This document shows, piece by piece, positions 1-12,245 of a stretch of 64,000 nucleotides of DNA. How positions within the stretch are numbered: position 1 is the first letter of the stretch; each line of letters opens with the position of its first letter. The notes under the pieces were generated by a model, which was not told the origin of the DNA, made no database searches, and worked only from the letters and a program-made list of their open reading frames with translations. Source of the stretch: Patellaria atrata CBS 101060 (lineage: Eukaryota); contig MU006091.1 in NCBI GenBank assembly GCA_010093705.1, positions 744,001 to 808,000 of the forward strand, given 5' to 3'. The translations under genes were made by a program, and so were the position numbers.

Positions 1-2882
1 GAGAACTACTCAAGAAGATGTCAGCACCTTTCCACAGCATTTATATGAGACGCCATTGATGCTATAGCCAAGTCGTCTATAGTCGAAGAGAGAGCTAATA
101 TTAAGAGAAGAAAGGAAAACAAACCTTGTCTTGAGGTCTAAGTTTCGGTAGTGCGAGGATGCGAGCAGCGGCGTGCTCCGCAGCTGCGACGATGAGCGAA
201 CTGGGGTTAGTCGCAACATGTCCGGGGAAGATAGAGGCATCAACAACATGGATGTTGTCAGTGCCATAAACCTGGGCATTGAGATCCAGAACAGCGGTTC
301 CTCCCTTCACGCCGCTATCGGTGCCGATCTTGCTGGTGCCGATCCAATGGTTTGACCGACGCTTAGCTGAACTGACTTCGATCTATCATTCCTGTTAGCA
401 AAACATCCTCATGGTATCTTTCACGTTTCGTCTCTGGAGTACACATACCGAATTGACGTAGGCCTCAGCCGTCTGGTTTGGTGCTGGGTAGACGAAGGTG
501 AGGTTGGGGAATTTTGACAATGCAGCCTGTATGTTCGCTACACCTTGGATGACTGCTGCCTTGTCTCCTGCCGTTTTGAGGTATGGGGCATCAGAAACAA
601 CCATGCTCAATCTGGGTGTGATGGTCAGACGACCGCGACTGGTTGAACCTCGACCAAGATACTGGCTGATTGTCATGTAGTCTAGGAAATATCAGCTTAG
701 AGATCTAAAGAGTTTGCAAAGAAGTCGCTTACGAGGATCCAAACTGTCGGGGCCTTCAACACGAGCAGTATATTGCAATTGTCTGGTAACACCGTCTGAT
801 CCGGAGATCTCCTCCCAGAATACAGGGCCAATGTTTGGAGCTGCCTGTGTCAGAATACCAGTCCGGTTCGCTAGGTAACGATCCTTGTCTTCCGGAATAG
901 GATCAGTCCAAGCCTCGTAAAAGTCATAGAAGGTCACATTCGGGTGAGAGACAATCATATCAGTCTGCAATGAACGTTAGCTCCTACCATACTTTTCAGG
1001 TCAAGTTTCTTACGTTAACATGATCGTTCAAGTTCATTCCTACTGGAGTCTTGATCCATTCGGTACTGTTGATGAAGCTTGCACCGTCCGTAGCACTTCC
1101 AGCCACGACTTTGAGTTGATCCTCTGGACCAATTCCGCTTCGGAAGAGGATCTTGGTGCTACCAAAGGTACCAGCGGACAGGATAACTCGCCCTGTGTTT
1201 GGTGTCAAGTTGATAGTGTAACAATTACCGCCTTCAAGTTCGACACCTGTAGCATGGCCTCCCTTTCGAACGATCCTTCGGACTGAGGCGTTCGTCATCA
1301 ACTTGAAGTTACTGCGCTTGCTTGCGGTGACAAGGTAGGTGGCTAGAGGACCGCCTCTTTCGCCGTTCTCGAACATGTATGGAGTGAGGGAGTAAGTCTT
1401 GTTCTTCAGATCGGGCTGCTTGTTCGCTGTTACACTCTTCCATCCAGCCCTAGACAACGCGGTGGAGAGAACATTGAAACCTTCCTGATAGTACAGTTTA
1501 CCATCTTTCGATGGGTGGTCGGTTCCAGGAATACGCTGGAATGTGCGAGAGACGGCAGCAGCGAGATCTTTTGCCTTCCAACCTGCCGGGAAATTGTAGT
1601 CCCAATCGATCGCGGGAGGTTTCCACCAGAGAGCAGCATTAACAGCTGTGCCACCACCGAGGACACATCCGGCCATTTGATCGATATCCGAACACGCAAT
1701 TCCAGCGGAATCGACCCAGATCTGGTTGCAAAGACCAGGAACGTCGAAACGGGTAAGGTTCGTGCCATCCAACCAGTCAGGCCTCCAGTTTTCTCTCACC
1801 TCTCCTCCCCATCGTCCTGAAGATGTCGGACCTCTCTCGAGCAGGAGCACCTTCTTTCCTGCTTCTGACAACTTGTCTGCAATCGGAATACCACCAGCAC
1901 CAGCGCCGACGACGATATAATCGTATGTCTCTGTGGGAGCAGTTGTCGCTGTGCATGTGGGCACTGCAGAAGTGGTTGAAGTGACAGTTGCAGTTGCAGT
2001 TGGCTCGGCAGTAGCGGAAGCAGCCCAACTGGAGTAAGCAGAGTTTCTAGCATTCTCTGGGTTTGCGCCGAAGAGACCAAATCCGTTATTGTGCTGGATA
2101 ACACTTCCCTCATTCGAGGTAGGGGGGTTTGGTGAACGGTCAGCCTGCGCCCAACCAAGCAATTGGAAATCAGAATTTGGCGGATTTTGGCCTTCCGCAC
2201 CCTCTTGGTTCCAGTACCAACACCATTGGCATCGATATGTCAGAGTAAAATGCGTCTCGTTGATCGAGTGAGCGATTTGCGTCAATGTGGCATTGCCGGT
2301 ATAGATCTCGGGTTCGGTATAACCGCTAGTATTGTAAGCATTCATAAGCGCGAAAGCTGACTCCTTCTAAAGGGACGAGAAATACTAACCCTGCCCATCT
2401 GAAGGATGTCCTGACTTGTTCACCATCGACCCACGCTACCAGCAAAAGCGAGGCAGGCATACCACCGCCGTGACTGAATCCAGTAAAGCCTTGGCCATTG
2501 ATCCTCGAACCAACCTTAAGGAACCGTTTAGAACCGTAATTGAACAGCTTAGAAGGGTCTTCTCACCATATAACCAATGTACTCATCCCATGTGCTACTG
2601 GTTGTTGGGAGGACGTAACCGAATTGGAAACCACCGGTAGTTTGGCCATCAGCTACGGAATACCGTCTAGAAATAGTGAGTAAAACACGTGTAAGAAAAT
2701 GCAATTGACGAGCTTACTGGAACACGATATCGGTCTGAGGATCGATGAAGGTATCCTGAGCCTGAGCCCCGATAACTGCATTTATTAGAAATTTTAAATC
2801 AAACTTGCTGCGACACATATAACAGTAACTCACAAAGAGTGGACAGCAGCGATGCTGCTTTGAACAGGTTTGAGAACCTCAT
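1..2882 (-). CDS. cdh: Cellobiose dehydrogenase (AA8 cytochrome + AA3_1 flavin domain), multi-exon; 3' end probably runs off the left edge
   Basis: ATG at 2882 gives a signal peptide (MRFSNLFKAASLLSTL..AQA). Spliced cytochrome domain has heme ligands Met (SHGGGMP) and His (QHNNGFG) plus the CQWC motif. Thr-rich linker follows. GMC domain has YDYIVVGAGAGG, FDVPGLCNQIW, MAGCVLGGG, the catalytic NHW (exon ~378-122) and VVDASIFP..NP. Confidence 0.95.
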
Positions 2883-4330
2883 CTCTCAAGATCAATGATA
2901 GACAGATCTTGAAAATTGCCCTAGCTCGACTGGCCCAACACAGGTTCGAGCTTCAGATGAACTACGGTGAGGAAACAGAACACGACACATTTTTGAGGCC
3001 AAGCAGATCTTATATAGAGGTCATTTCACGTTTCACGCACAAACCATCTCGCCTCTCCTATTCTTCCTAAAAGGCTGACGAGAGCAATTCCGACCATTGG
3101 GGAAAGGATCTCTGGACAGATGCTTACCCCAACGTAAGACTGGTACCGGGTATAGATCCAAGAACCTACAATGCGGCGGTTCAAAATCAAGGGGAAAAGC
3201 CGAACAGGAACATCCAGCGTCTAGGGCTGCAGAAGCCATAGCGAAAAGGTACGTAGCGATTGAGGGAAAAGATCACCTGTCCCCCGAATTTAATTTCAGG
3301 AACATATACCGGAAGTACGAGGTCATGGATAGGTATAGCAATTTATATTGCTCCAGGCGGATATTTGGTTAACATAAACCGTTAGCGGGCTCCCGAAGTT
3401 CGCCTATGCCCCACAATTACATGGATCTCAGGGGCCAAGGTGGCCTAACCCTTCTATCCCTACTTTAACATCCCCTTAGACCTCGTCCCTTAACAGAACA
3501 ACATACATGACGAGCATGTATACATTTTATCCGTCTGCTAAAAAGCCGGGGAGCCTGGCACCAGAGCTGTCTGGATTACTTTCGATAAACTTCCATTGGA
3601 GCCTTCTACACGATGCTAACATGCTAAGCTTTTGAGGGTTTCATGCTCTCCGCAAAAGAGGCTGATGCCGCCGATGCTAGTTCTAAGGTAGCAGATATCA
3701 TCACCGTGTGGTTCTACGTTGCCTTCGCCACATGGCACACGACAGGCCCGACGGCTTTGTAGACGTGAAGCGATCCTAGAAGCTACTTTACACTTCAATT
3801 TATCTTCATGTCACAATACTATATATCTGCGGACGGCATTGTCGGGCATATCCCGACCTTCTCCCTTCTAGACGTTTCCTTCTACCAATAGCTAACGCGT
3901 CCCTCTTCTCTTATTTGCCGGTCTCGCGGACTCCCATCGCATTTCGGTCTAATTTCGTGCATGCTACCATGCGTTTTGACACCAGTACTACCATCGGGCG
4001 CCATTATTATCAGATCTCAATTCATGACCATATTCCATCTATCGTGGATCACCGAGGCTGATCGACTGGAAGGCCTTGCCTCATAGGTTCCACACCACTG
4101 TCCCCATAGCCTCTAAATGAAGAAACAATAAACCGTTACAGTTCCGAGTAGGTTCTGGTGAAAACGTGATCATTTGTCCTTTTCCCTTTCGAATGACCGG
4201 AATGAGTACACCGTCCTAGATCAGGAAATCGACAGTGACTCTGGGGAACCCAAATAGACCTACGTCGCTCGCTGTTCTCTCTCCTATGATCTCTTTGGAT
4301 ATTTGACATACCTTTGTTCTCCTACTAACA

Positions 4331-5892
4331 ATGAAGGTCCTTTTTCCAACCTACCTTCTCATTGCTTCGGTTTCGGCCCACACCATCTTTCAAAAGCTGT
4401 GGGTGAACGGCGTTGACCAAGGTCAGCTCAAGGGTATTCGTGCACCCGAGTACGATGGGTAAGAGTCTCTCTTTCGTTTCCGAGGAGTCTATTTTATCCA
4501 TACACGTGTGCATACGCGCACTTCTGAGCAAAATGATTCGCGCCATAGTATCTATGATCATGTCTTTGGCGAAAAAGAATTCCAGATCTTCAGAAAAATA
4601 TCTTTGGAGTTGCAGGAATCCTTTATATGTACCCCGCAAACCATCTGTAGCCCTGCACGAATGACCCTATAGCAGACCCGTAGTGTTCTATATCAAATTG
4701 CTAACATTTTTTTTTCACTACCGTAGTCCTATTACCGACGTAACATCCAACGACGTTATTTGCAATGGTGGCCCAAATCCTATCAAATATACGGATAGCA
4801 ACATCATCAATGTAAGTTTTGCGGCTGTCATAAGGATATCTTGTCCCGCTCCGCTAGTCTTCCAGCTTTCTTACTCTGCAGCCAAGAGTGCTTAAGTAGT
4901 CTCCTTTGAATGCTTCATTACGATGGATCGCTCAATCTGTGTATACCCATGTTTTACGTTCATCCAATTATTGTTGTCTCATTCTAATTCAAACCTCTAA
5001 ATGGATTCCACATAGCCGCGCCGAAGTTCTTTTCTCTTGGCTTCGGCTCTTGAATTTGTGATATCATTAGGGCAATTGATGGAGCATCGTTTGATGTATC
5101 TCCTCAGCTTCGTACATATCATGTTCAAGCTTCTTTCAGCCGCAGTCTTTCTACAATTTCCTGGATTTCAAATATACTCTCCCCCGCTTCCTTTCCCAAA
5201 GATCATTCCCTTGTCCATATCGTCCAATCTTCTCACTTTCTTCTTCCAACTCAATCTCCGCTCCCGTACCTTCCATTTCCCCTCTCAACCGCTTCCGCCC
5301 TCCTTCCTCTCCCCTACCTTATCTCACCCTCCCCCTCTTACACTTTCACCCCCCGCCCCAAACTGACATAGGCCCCCAGATCCCCGCCGGCGCCAACGTA
5401 ATCGCCGAATGGCACAAAACCCTCACCTCCGCCGGGTCCGGCGACAAAGAAGACCCAATCGCAGACGGTCACAAAGGCCCTACAATGATCTACCTCGCCA
5501 AAGTTGACAACGCGTTAACAAAAACCGTAACGGGCCTGAAATGGTTCAAGATCTTCGCCGACGGCTTCGACCCCGCCACCAACACCTGGGGCGTCGACCG
5601 CATGTATGCCGCCAAGGGCAAAGTCTCCTTCACTATGCCCTCCTGCATCGTCCCGGGTAACTATTTGTTGAGGGCCGAGGTCATCGCGCTTCATGCCGCT
5701 GCGAGCTATCCCGGCGCCCAGCTGTATATGGGATGTGCGCAGGTTAATGTCGTTGGGGCGGGTGGAACGACTCCGAGTGGTGTTAGTTTTCCCGGTGCTT
5801 ATAAGGGTTCCGATCCCGGGATTAAGTTTCAGCTGTTTTGGCCCACGCCGACGGCTTATACGATCCCCGGGCCGACTGTGTTTAAGTGCTGA
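4331..5892 (+). CDS. AA9 lytic polysaccharide monooxygenase (exons ~4331-4458, 4727-4811, 5380-5892)
   Basis: Signal peptide [16 protein letters not shown] is followed by mature N-terminal His ([11 protein letters not shown]). Second Cu His in DGHKGP; H-x8-Q-x-Y motif [14 protein letters not shown]-terminal YTIPGP. GT-AG introns join the exons in frame. No CBM1. Confidence 0.95.
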
Positions 5893-6261
5893 GGTTAAGG
5901 GGAAGTGGGTGGATGTGCGCTGATTGATTGGTTGGATGAGGGAGTTGGTAGTATTCAGCGTTAGATACCTGTAGTCAATCGATGGATGAACATCTAATTT
6001 CCCAGACTTGAATTGTGAAACTACAGTCTTCGATACGGAGGACATAAATTTCAACCTCTATATTTCTCTAATGCTAGATCGGTAATGTACAAAGACCGGG
6101 TATCAAAGAATTCCCTCTTCATCGCAACCAAATCCTCCTAGCGTTCGAATGATCTTCAACTGGAGAAATTTGTAGAACGTCCATAGCAAGCAAGTCCGCG
6201 TCGAAATGTGTTTCTCATATCCCCTTCCCTAATCTCTCTTCCGCGACATGAAAACGATCTA

Positions 6262-7182
6262 TCAATATATTCCCTTCCTCGGGCTCATCCTCTCCCTCTC
6301 GTACAACCACCGGTTAGTCAACGGCACACTACTTGCGCCCCTGCCACCGGCTGGCGTCGGTGTTCCGGGTGTGCTATCCCCGAAGCCCAACGCCTCCATC
6401 CCCAGCGGACTCCTATTCCCATAACTCAACCTCCTCGTTGCGGAGCCACCCATGACTTTTTGCAGCAACGGACTACTCGGCGAAAATGGGCTATTGCTCC
6501 TACTTTTCGATCCTCCTTCACCTCTTGTTGAGAAGGAAAGCGGTGACTGGCTCACCGAGCGCGTCGAGAGCGGCGATCCGGCGGTGGCAATGCCGGTGCT
6601 GTTGCTGCGGCGGGAGGACGGGGTCGAGGAGCGTGTGTAGCGGGGTGGTGTAATGTACTTTGATCCTGGTGTTGGAGGGGGTGCGGAGGGCGATAGAGGT
6701 GGGAGGCCGAGGATGGAGCGTTGAGAGGGTGTGAGGGGGATGTCGTGGAAGTCGTCGATGGGGCGGAGGAGAGGAAGGATCGATTGGATGAAGCTGAAGA
6801 CTGTGACAGCGCGGAAGACCCAGATGGCTATCCCGATGACGGTGGGGACGAGAGGGTCGAATTGGAGCGTCGGGAGGCGGAATCTGTGGAGGAAGTGGTG
6901 AGTGAGGGTTGTTGTTTTAGGGTCAGTTGCGGAGGAGTCGTACGACTTGTACATTGTCAAGCCGATGCTTGGCAGTATGAAGGTGAGGAGGAGAAATCCG
7001 AGGTTCCAAACAGCCTTTGAGAAGTTTTGCTCTGTGAACGTCGTCTTGTTCTGACGCTGGATGATTTCATCGAGTCTGGGGTGTCGCCATGATCCGGTCG
7101 GAGAGTCTGAGACTACGGTCGGGATTGCTGGTTTCGGAGTCGAAGGCGCGGCTGTCCTGGCTGGAGATGCTGTTGCCGACAT
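6262..7182 (-). CDS. POM34: Nuclear pore membrane protein Pom34-like (NPCC family); probably one in-frame intron near 6885-6952
   Basis: GSWRHPRLDEI motif, two hydrophobic segments, DIPLTPSQRSILGL, S/P-rich tail ending NRWLYE. Confidence 0.8.
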   Translation of the reverse strand: MSATASPARTAAPSTPKPAIPTVVSDSPTGSWRHPRLDEIIQRQNKTTFTEQNFSKAVWNLGFLLLTFILPSIGLTMYKSYDSSATDPKTTTLTHHFLHRFRLPTLQFDPLVPTVIGIAIWVFRAVTVFSFIQSILPLLRPIDDFHDIPLTPSQRSILGLPPLSPSAPPPTPGSKYITPPRYTRSSTPSSRRSNSTGIATAGSPLSTRSVSQSPLSFSTRGEGGSKSRSNSPFSPSSPLLQKVMGGSATRRLSYGNRSPLGMEALGFGDSTPGTPTPAGGRGASSVPLTNRWLYERERMSPRKGIY

Positions 7183-7601
7183 CCTGTTCGATAGTCGGTC
7201 TCCTAGGGGCTTTGAGGAGAAGTTAGAGCTCTCTGTTTGTTCGTTTGGGAGAAGAGAAAGCTTACAATGTCGCCAGAGACTTTAAGTACCTGTTCCTGTA
7301 AGAGTTAGTAGTTAGTGTGTTTGTGAAGAATCTTGAATTCGTCAGTACATAGCGCGTGAATTGGTGAATTGATGAATGAAGGAAAGGACATAGGAAATAG
7401 CTGTCAAAGTAATTCCTCCTCAGTTCAGTGTTTTGGCTTGGCAAGTAGCAACAAAGTTGACCCCTTGTCACCTCCGAGGGACCCCGCCAACTTTTGCATA
7501 GCCTGAGCAGCAACATCAAGGTCATAAGCTTGTTCTTCTTCTTTTACCACTTCTTCTTCTGCACAAAGTCTTTTTCTAACTTTTCCAATCATTCCTTAAA
7601 T

Positions 7602-9490
7602 ATGGGTCTACTCGACGATATTGACACCCATATAACCAACCTACTTTCAGGTTGGAACAGCTACACTATTCTCATAACCCTCGCTATAGTATCATTTGGC
7701 GGCTACGTAATATTCTCAGCTGTCGAACCAGATACACACCCATTCCTCCTCCTTCGACAAGGTCAGCCTAGTCCCGTTCGACAACCAGGAGAGAGCGCAA
7801 TATATCGCTCCCAACATACACCCCATGGCTATCCTCTCCAGAGTGGACTAAACGTCAAGTATCCAGGGGAGCCGCGTTATACCAATGGCAGAACAGGAGA
7901 TCTGAGAGACATCTGGCGGAGAGTGACTGGCGATTTGCCTGTTCAAGATGGTCAAGATACGAAAACGAGTGCTACGCCTGGCAAGATATTGACCGTCTTC
8001 GGCAAGGAGGAAGTCGTAGAACACAACCCCAAGGAGCTCAGTGGTGATATTGTGGCTATTGGGAGCTATCTCCAAAAGCATGGCTGCAGGCGCGTTGCTT
8101 TGTACTTACCCAACTCCATTGAGTTCCTCTCTGCCCTATTTGGTATGTAAGGTTTTACAGCTTTACTATGAGTTGGTAGCTAATTATGGTATAGCCGGTG
8201 CATTCTATGGCTTCTCAGTAATCCTCATTCCATACAACCAACCTTATGACTTAGTGACAGATCTCATTAATCAGACCAAGGCGGACGGTCTTGTTGGTCA
8301 AGCTGGCTCAGTACCACTCGAACATATTAGCGAAAGTTCCCCAGGCATCAAGCAAGTCGTTTGGGTCGTAGAGAAAACTAGTAGGCACATGGACTGGAGT
8401 GAGGTTCCTGAGGGAACTGGAGGGAGGGTCGAGGTCAACGTCTGGCACGACCTTGTCCAAGACCACGTTCAGCAACAAGGTGGCAAGATTGATCTCCCCG
8501 AACTTCAGGAAAACCCAGGAACTATAGTTTCGATATGGCAATCTGCTCAAGGACAGCCTGGGGAAATTGCTGAATTTACTCAAAATGTGCGTATGAACTA
8601 ACCATTGAAGGATATAGCATATGCTGACATCAAAACAATAGAACATAGTAGCTGGTATCGCAGGCGTTGTGAATTCCATCCCCGTTCGCCAGCGATTCAG
8701 TCGCGCCGACCTTTTCTTACCCGCAGATTCCTGGACTCACATATACGCACTCACGGTCACTCTTGCTGCTCTTTTTGCACAATCATCCCTAGCTATCAAT
8801 TCCGTTGCAGGAGAAGGTGTCAATCTGGCTTTAGCCTCACGCTCCATTTCACCCACGGTCATCGTTGCCTCCGCAGCAACGGCGTCGGAGCTACACAGCG
8901 ATACTAAAGAGTCTGCGACCGGAACGCTTAAGAAATACGCACACTACACTCAAACACAAGCTCTCCAAGCCGGCCGCATGCCAGTCGACAGTCTCTTATC
9001 CACGATCAACGCGCCAGCACGAGCTCCAATAGGCACAACGCCAGGAAAATTACGTCTTCTCTTTATCTCCGAGAAAGCAGGAACGGAAACCGTCCCGCTC
9101 AGTTCTACCGAGCTCTCCGATCTACGGATATATACGAACGCTCGCGTGGTGTACGCACTCACGGCTGCCAAGGTGGCTGGTGCCGTCACGCAGACGAATC
9201 TGTACGATTACCGGCGGGAGAGCGTGAAGGGTGGGAAACATGGTCATTTTGGACCCCCGGTAGGGAGTGTGGAGGTTAAGTTGAGGGATAGTGGGGTACA
9301 TAAGACTGGGGAGGAGGGTGATCCAAGGGGAGAGGTATGTCATCTTTGGTTCTTTTCCTCGATTTAGAAGGAAAGCATATATTAACTGTGGTTATAGATT
9401 GTGGTGAGTGGACCTGCGGTTGCCGGAGGAGAGGCGGGACTTGGAGTCATAGGCACTTTTAGGGATGATGGTTGTTTAGCATATGTATGA
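7602..9490 (+). CDS. Membrane-anchored AMP-binding/acyl-CoA-synthetase-like protein (4 exons)
   Basis: N-terminal TM segment, VRQPGESAIYRS, VALYLPNSIEFL, HFGPPVGSVEVKL, RGEIVVSGPAV, GTFRDDGCL. Introns at ~8143-8194, 8586-8641 and 9335-9397. Confidence 0.7.
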
Positions 9491-10339
9491 GGGACTATGG
9501 ATAGATCAAGGAACAGTAAATACGCGAGGAGCAAGACTGTATGATTCCATCAGGTATGGAGAATGAAATTTTTATATACGATACCTTGTGTCCCATCTCT
9601 ATTAGTGTTGTTTTAGTGGGACTGTCTGTGAAATACAATAAATACCGTAGTACCGTATCCAAGTACGAGTACGGTATGAATCAGGTAGTTGGGTGGGGAG
9701 CGGAGGGGAGGGGGGGGGAGGTTAGAGGGGGTTCATTGATAACTCGCTAAATCCCGCTCCCCGGTTCTCGACATTCGACGATCACGCGTGGCATTCCCAG
9801 CTTCTTATCTCTCTACCTTATTCTCTCGGGAATTTGGGTACTACTAAGAGATCTTTCCCGTGAGACGAATGAAAAACAAGATTTTAAGAAATACATCTAT
9901 CTCCAAACATGTTCCAGAACCACAGTCTTCGCGCTGTAGTACCTTAAGGTATGCAGAGATGGCGTTCGCGGGATCCCAAGAAGCTTGATTCGGACGGGAA
10001 GCTGGCTAGATAGAGGCGTCCGGTAGTGTTACCCTTTGCTCTATCGAACGTCTTGTATGTAGTTTATCCTCCGTCTAGTTCTAGTTCTAGTAAACGCTGT
10101 GTGGCAAAGGAGAGAGAGACGGGATAGCTGAAAATGACTTTTGATAAGCCAGATAAGGAGCTTACCCTGCCAGGATAAACACACGACCCGACTGGAACAG
10201 CAAGGGATGTATGCGTTTCTGCTGGGGATATATGGTCTATCAGGTCCCCTGCTGATGGTGTGTTTTTGGAGATTTTGTCTCTGTTGACTGACTTTGGGAT
10301 TGTATCGTGTGTACGATTTTGTGAGGAAGTGCTTTGGAG

Positions 10340-12245
10340 ATGAAGTTTGAACGGCCGCATCTCAAAGTCGCGCAGCCGAAGTCTGCGTTTGCAGAGGGAA
10401 ATAGGAGATGGTGAGTTTTGCTGAATGATGCCCTAGGAACTTGTTTCCAATGTGTTTATTTGCATGCGCTTTTGCTATGGGTGTTGTGGATGTAATGACT
10501 GATAAACTCTGTGCAGGACGAACCTTGATCTCGACCCTGTCCCGAGGCATATGCGCAAGTGGGGAGTGGTGAGCTTTATTGCTTATTGGATCTCTGATGC
10601 TTTCAAGTAAGGAGCCTTCGTATTTCTTATATTTAGAAAAACATGATCAGATGTTAGCGATTGTAGTCGAGATTGAGTTGCTAGGTATGGAGTTGAAGTG
10701 TACGAATGCTAATGATTCGATAGTGCTGCAACATGGCAGTTTGCTGCTGGTATCATCGCCGCCGGACTCTCGTGGCGTGAGAGTTTGGGAATCGTGGGTT
10801 TGGGCTTCTTCATGGTAGCTATTGTGGTAAGTGTTGCCTTCTGCTCTGATGCTGGTGTGAGCTGATAGACAATCCCTCAGATTGCCTTCAATGGAGCAAC
10901 AGGTGTCATTCACCACGCTCCATTTCCCGTCATCGCGCGAGCTTCCTGGGGCTTCTGGGGCTCGTATATCGCCATCATATCCCGCTGTATCCTCGCCGTC
11001 TTTTGGTTCGCGATCCAAACCATGAATGGTGCCAATACCATACGTGTAATGATAGGAGCTATCTGGCCCTCTTTTCTGACACTTCCAAACCACATCCCCA
11101 AGTCTCAGGGTATCGACGACGCGACTATGACATCCTTCGTTATCTTCTGGTTGCTACAGCTGCCGTTTCTCTACATGCATCCAAACAACTTGCGCTGGTT
11201 ATTCATGGCGAAGAGTATCATCGTCCCTATTTGCTTTATTGCAATGCTCATCTGGGCTTTCGTTTCGACGGATGGTGGTGGTGAACTTTTTGCCGGCAAG
11301 CCCACCATTTCCGGGTCGGCATACTCTTGGGCCTTCCTCGCTTCCTTGACCTCTGTACAAGGAAACTACGCTACTCTATCAGTTAATCAAGCTGATTTCT
11401 CGCGTTACTCGCGCGTCTCTGTGAAGTGGCAGCTCATGTATGTACCCATGCTGCCCATCGTCTTCACATTCATCTCATTCATCGGGATCGCGGCGTCCAG
11501 TGCCGGTGCTGCCCGTTACGGAACCTTGGAGTGGGATCCCATGGCTCTGATCGCACACTGGGACAATCGGGCCTGCCGTTTCTTTGCTGCCTTTTCCTTT
11601 GCTCTAGCCGCACTAGGAGTCAACATTTCGGCAAATAGTTTGTCTGCTGCAAATGATTTCACCGCATTAATGCCGCAATATGTCAACATCCGACGGGGAC
11701 AGCTACTCTGTGCGGTCCTTTCGTGGTGTCTAGTTCCATGGAAGATCCTAGCGTCAGCAGGCTCATTCCTGAACTTCATGGCGGCGTATGCCATATTCCT
11801 TGGCCCAATTGCAGCTATTATGCTGTTTGATTTCTGGGTTGTGCATGCGCGGAAGTATGACACGTTAGCCTTGTACCAACCACATAGCATCTACCGCTAT
11901 ACCGGCGGTTTCAACTGGCGAGCTGTCGTGGCCTTCCTCATTGGCGTTGCGCCTAACTTACCTGGTTTCATCAATGGTGTGAATAACAACATTGATGTAG
12001 GCGTGGGCATCCATCCGTATCAGTTTGGTTGGATGCTTGGGTTCGTGTCAACGGCTCTAGTCTATACAGGACTGGAGAAAGTGTTCCCACCACGGGAGAC
12101 ATTTATTGAGCGGGCAGTATTGCCGGATGAGATATACGATGCGAGAGGCGAGATTGAGGGTGTACCCGTTGAAAATGAAGAGGGTATGGATGAGATGTTT
12201 GGGGAGAAGAAGGGATTTAGGAGTAGGATGGAGAGAATATTGTAG
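10340..12245 (+). CDS. NCS1-family nucleobase/allantoin/uracil permease (Fur-type)
   Basis: Spliced N-terminus MKFERPHL..RW/TNLDLDPVP..KWG..AYWISD; FPVIARASWG; NQADFSRYS; YVNIRRG; PWKIL; FNWRAVVAF; about 12 hydrophobic segments. Confidence 0.9.

Noticed and set aside
2883..4330. CreA (SYGGRG) matches in the CDH-LPMO intergenic region (3351, 3409, 3546, 3648, 4241)
   Set aside because: About five or six matches are expected by chance in 1.45 kb for this degenerate hexamer, so they are not evidence of regulation.
10410..10880. Possible TPP riboswitch in the NCS1 permease introns
   Set aside because: No CTGAGA or other aptamer core motifs were found in these short introns.
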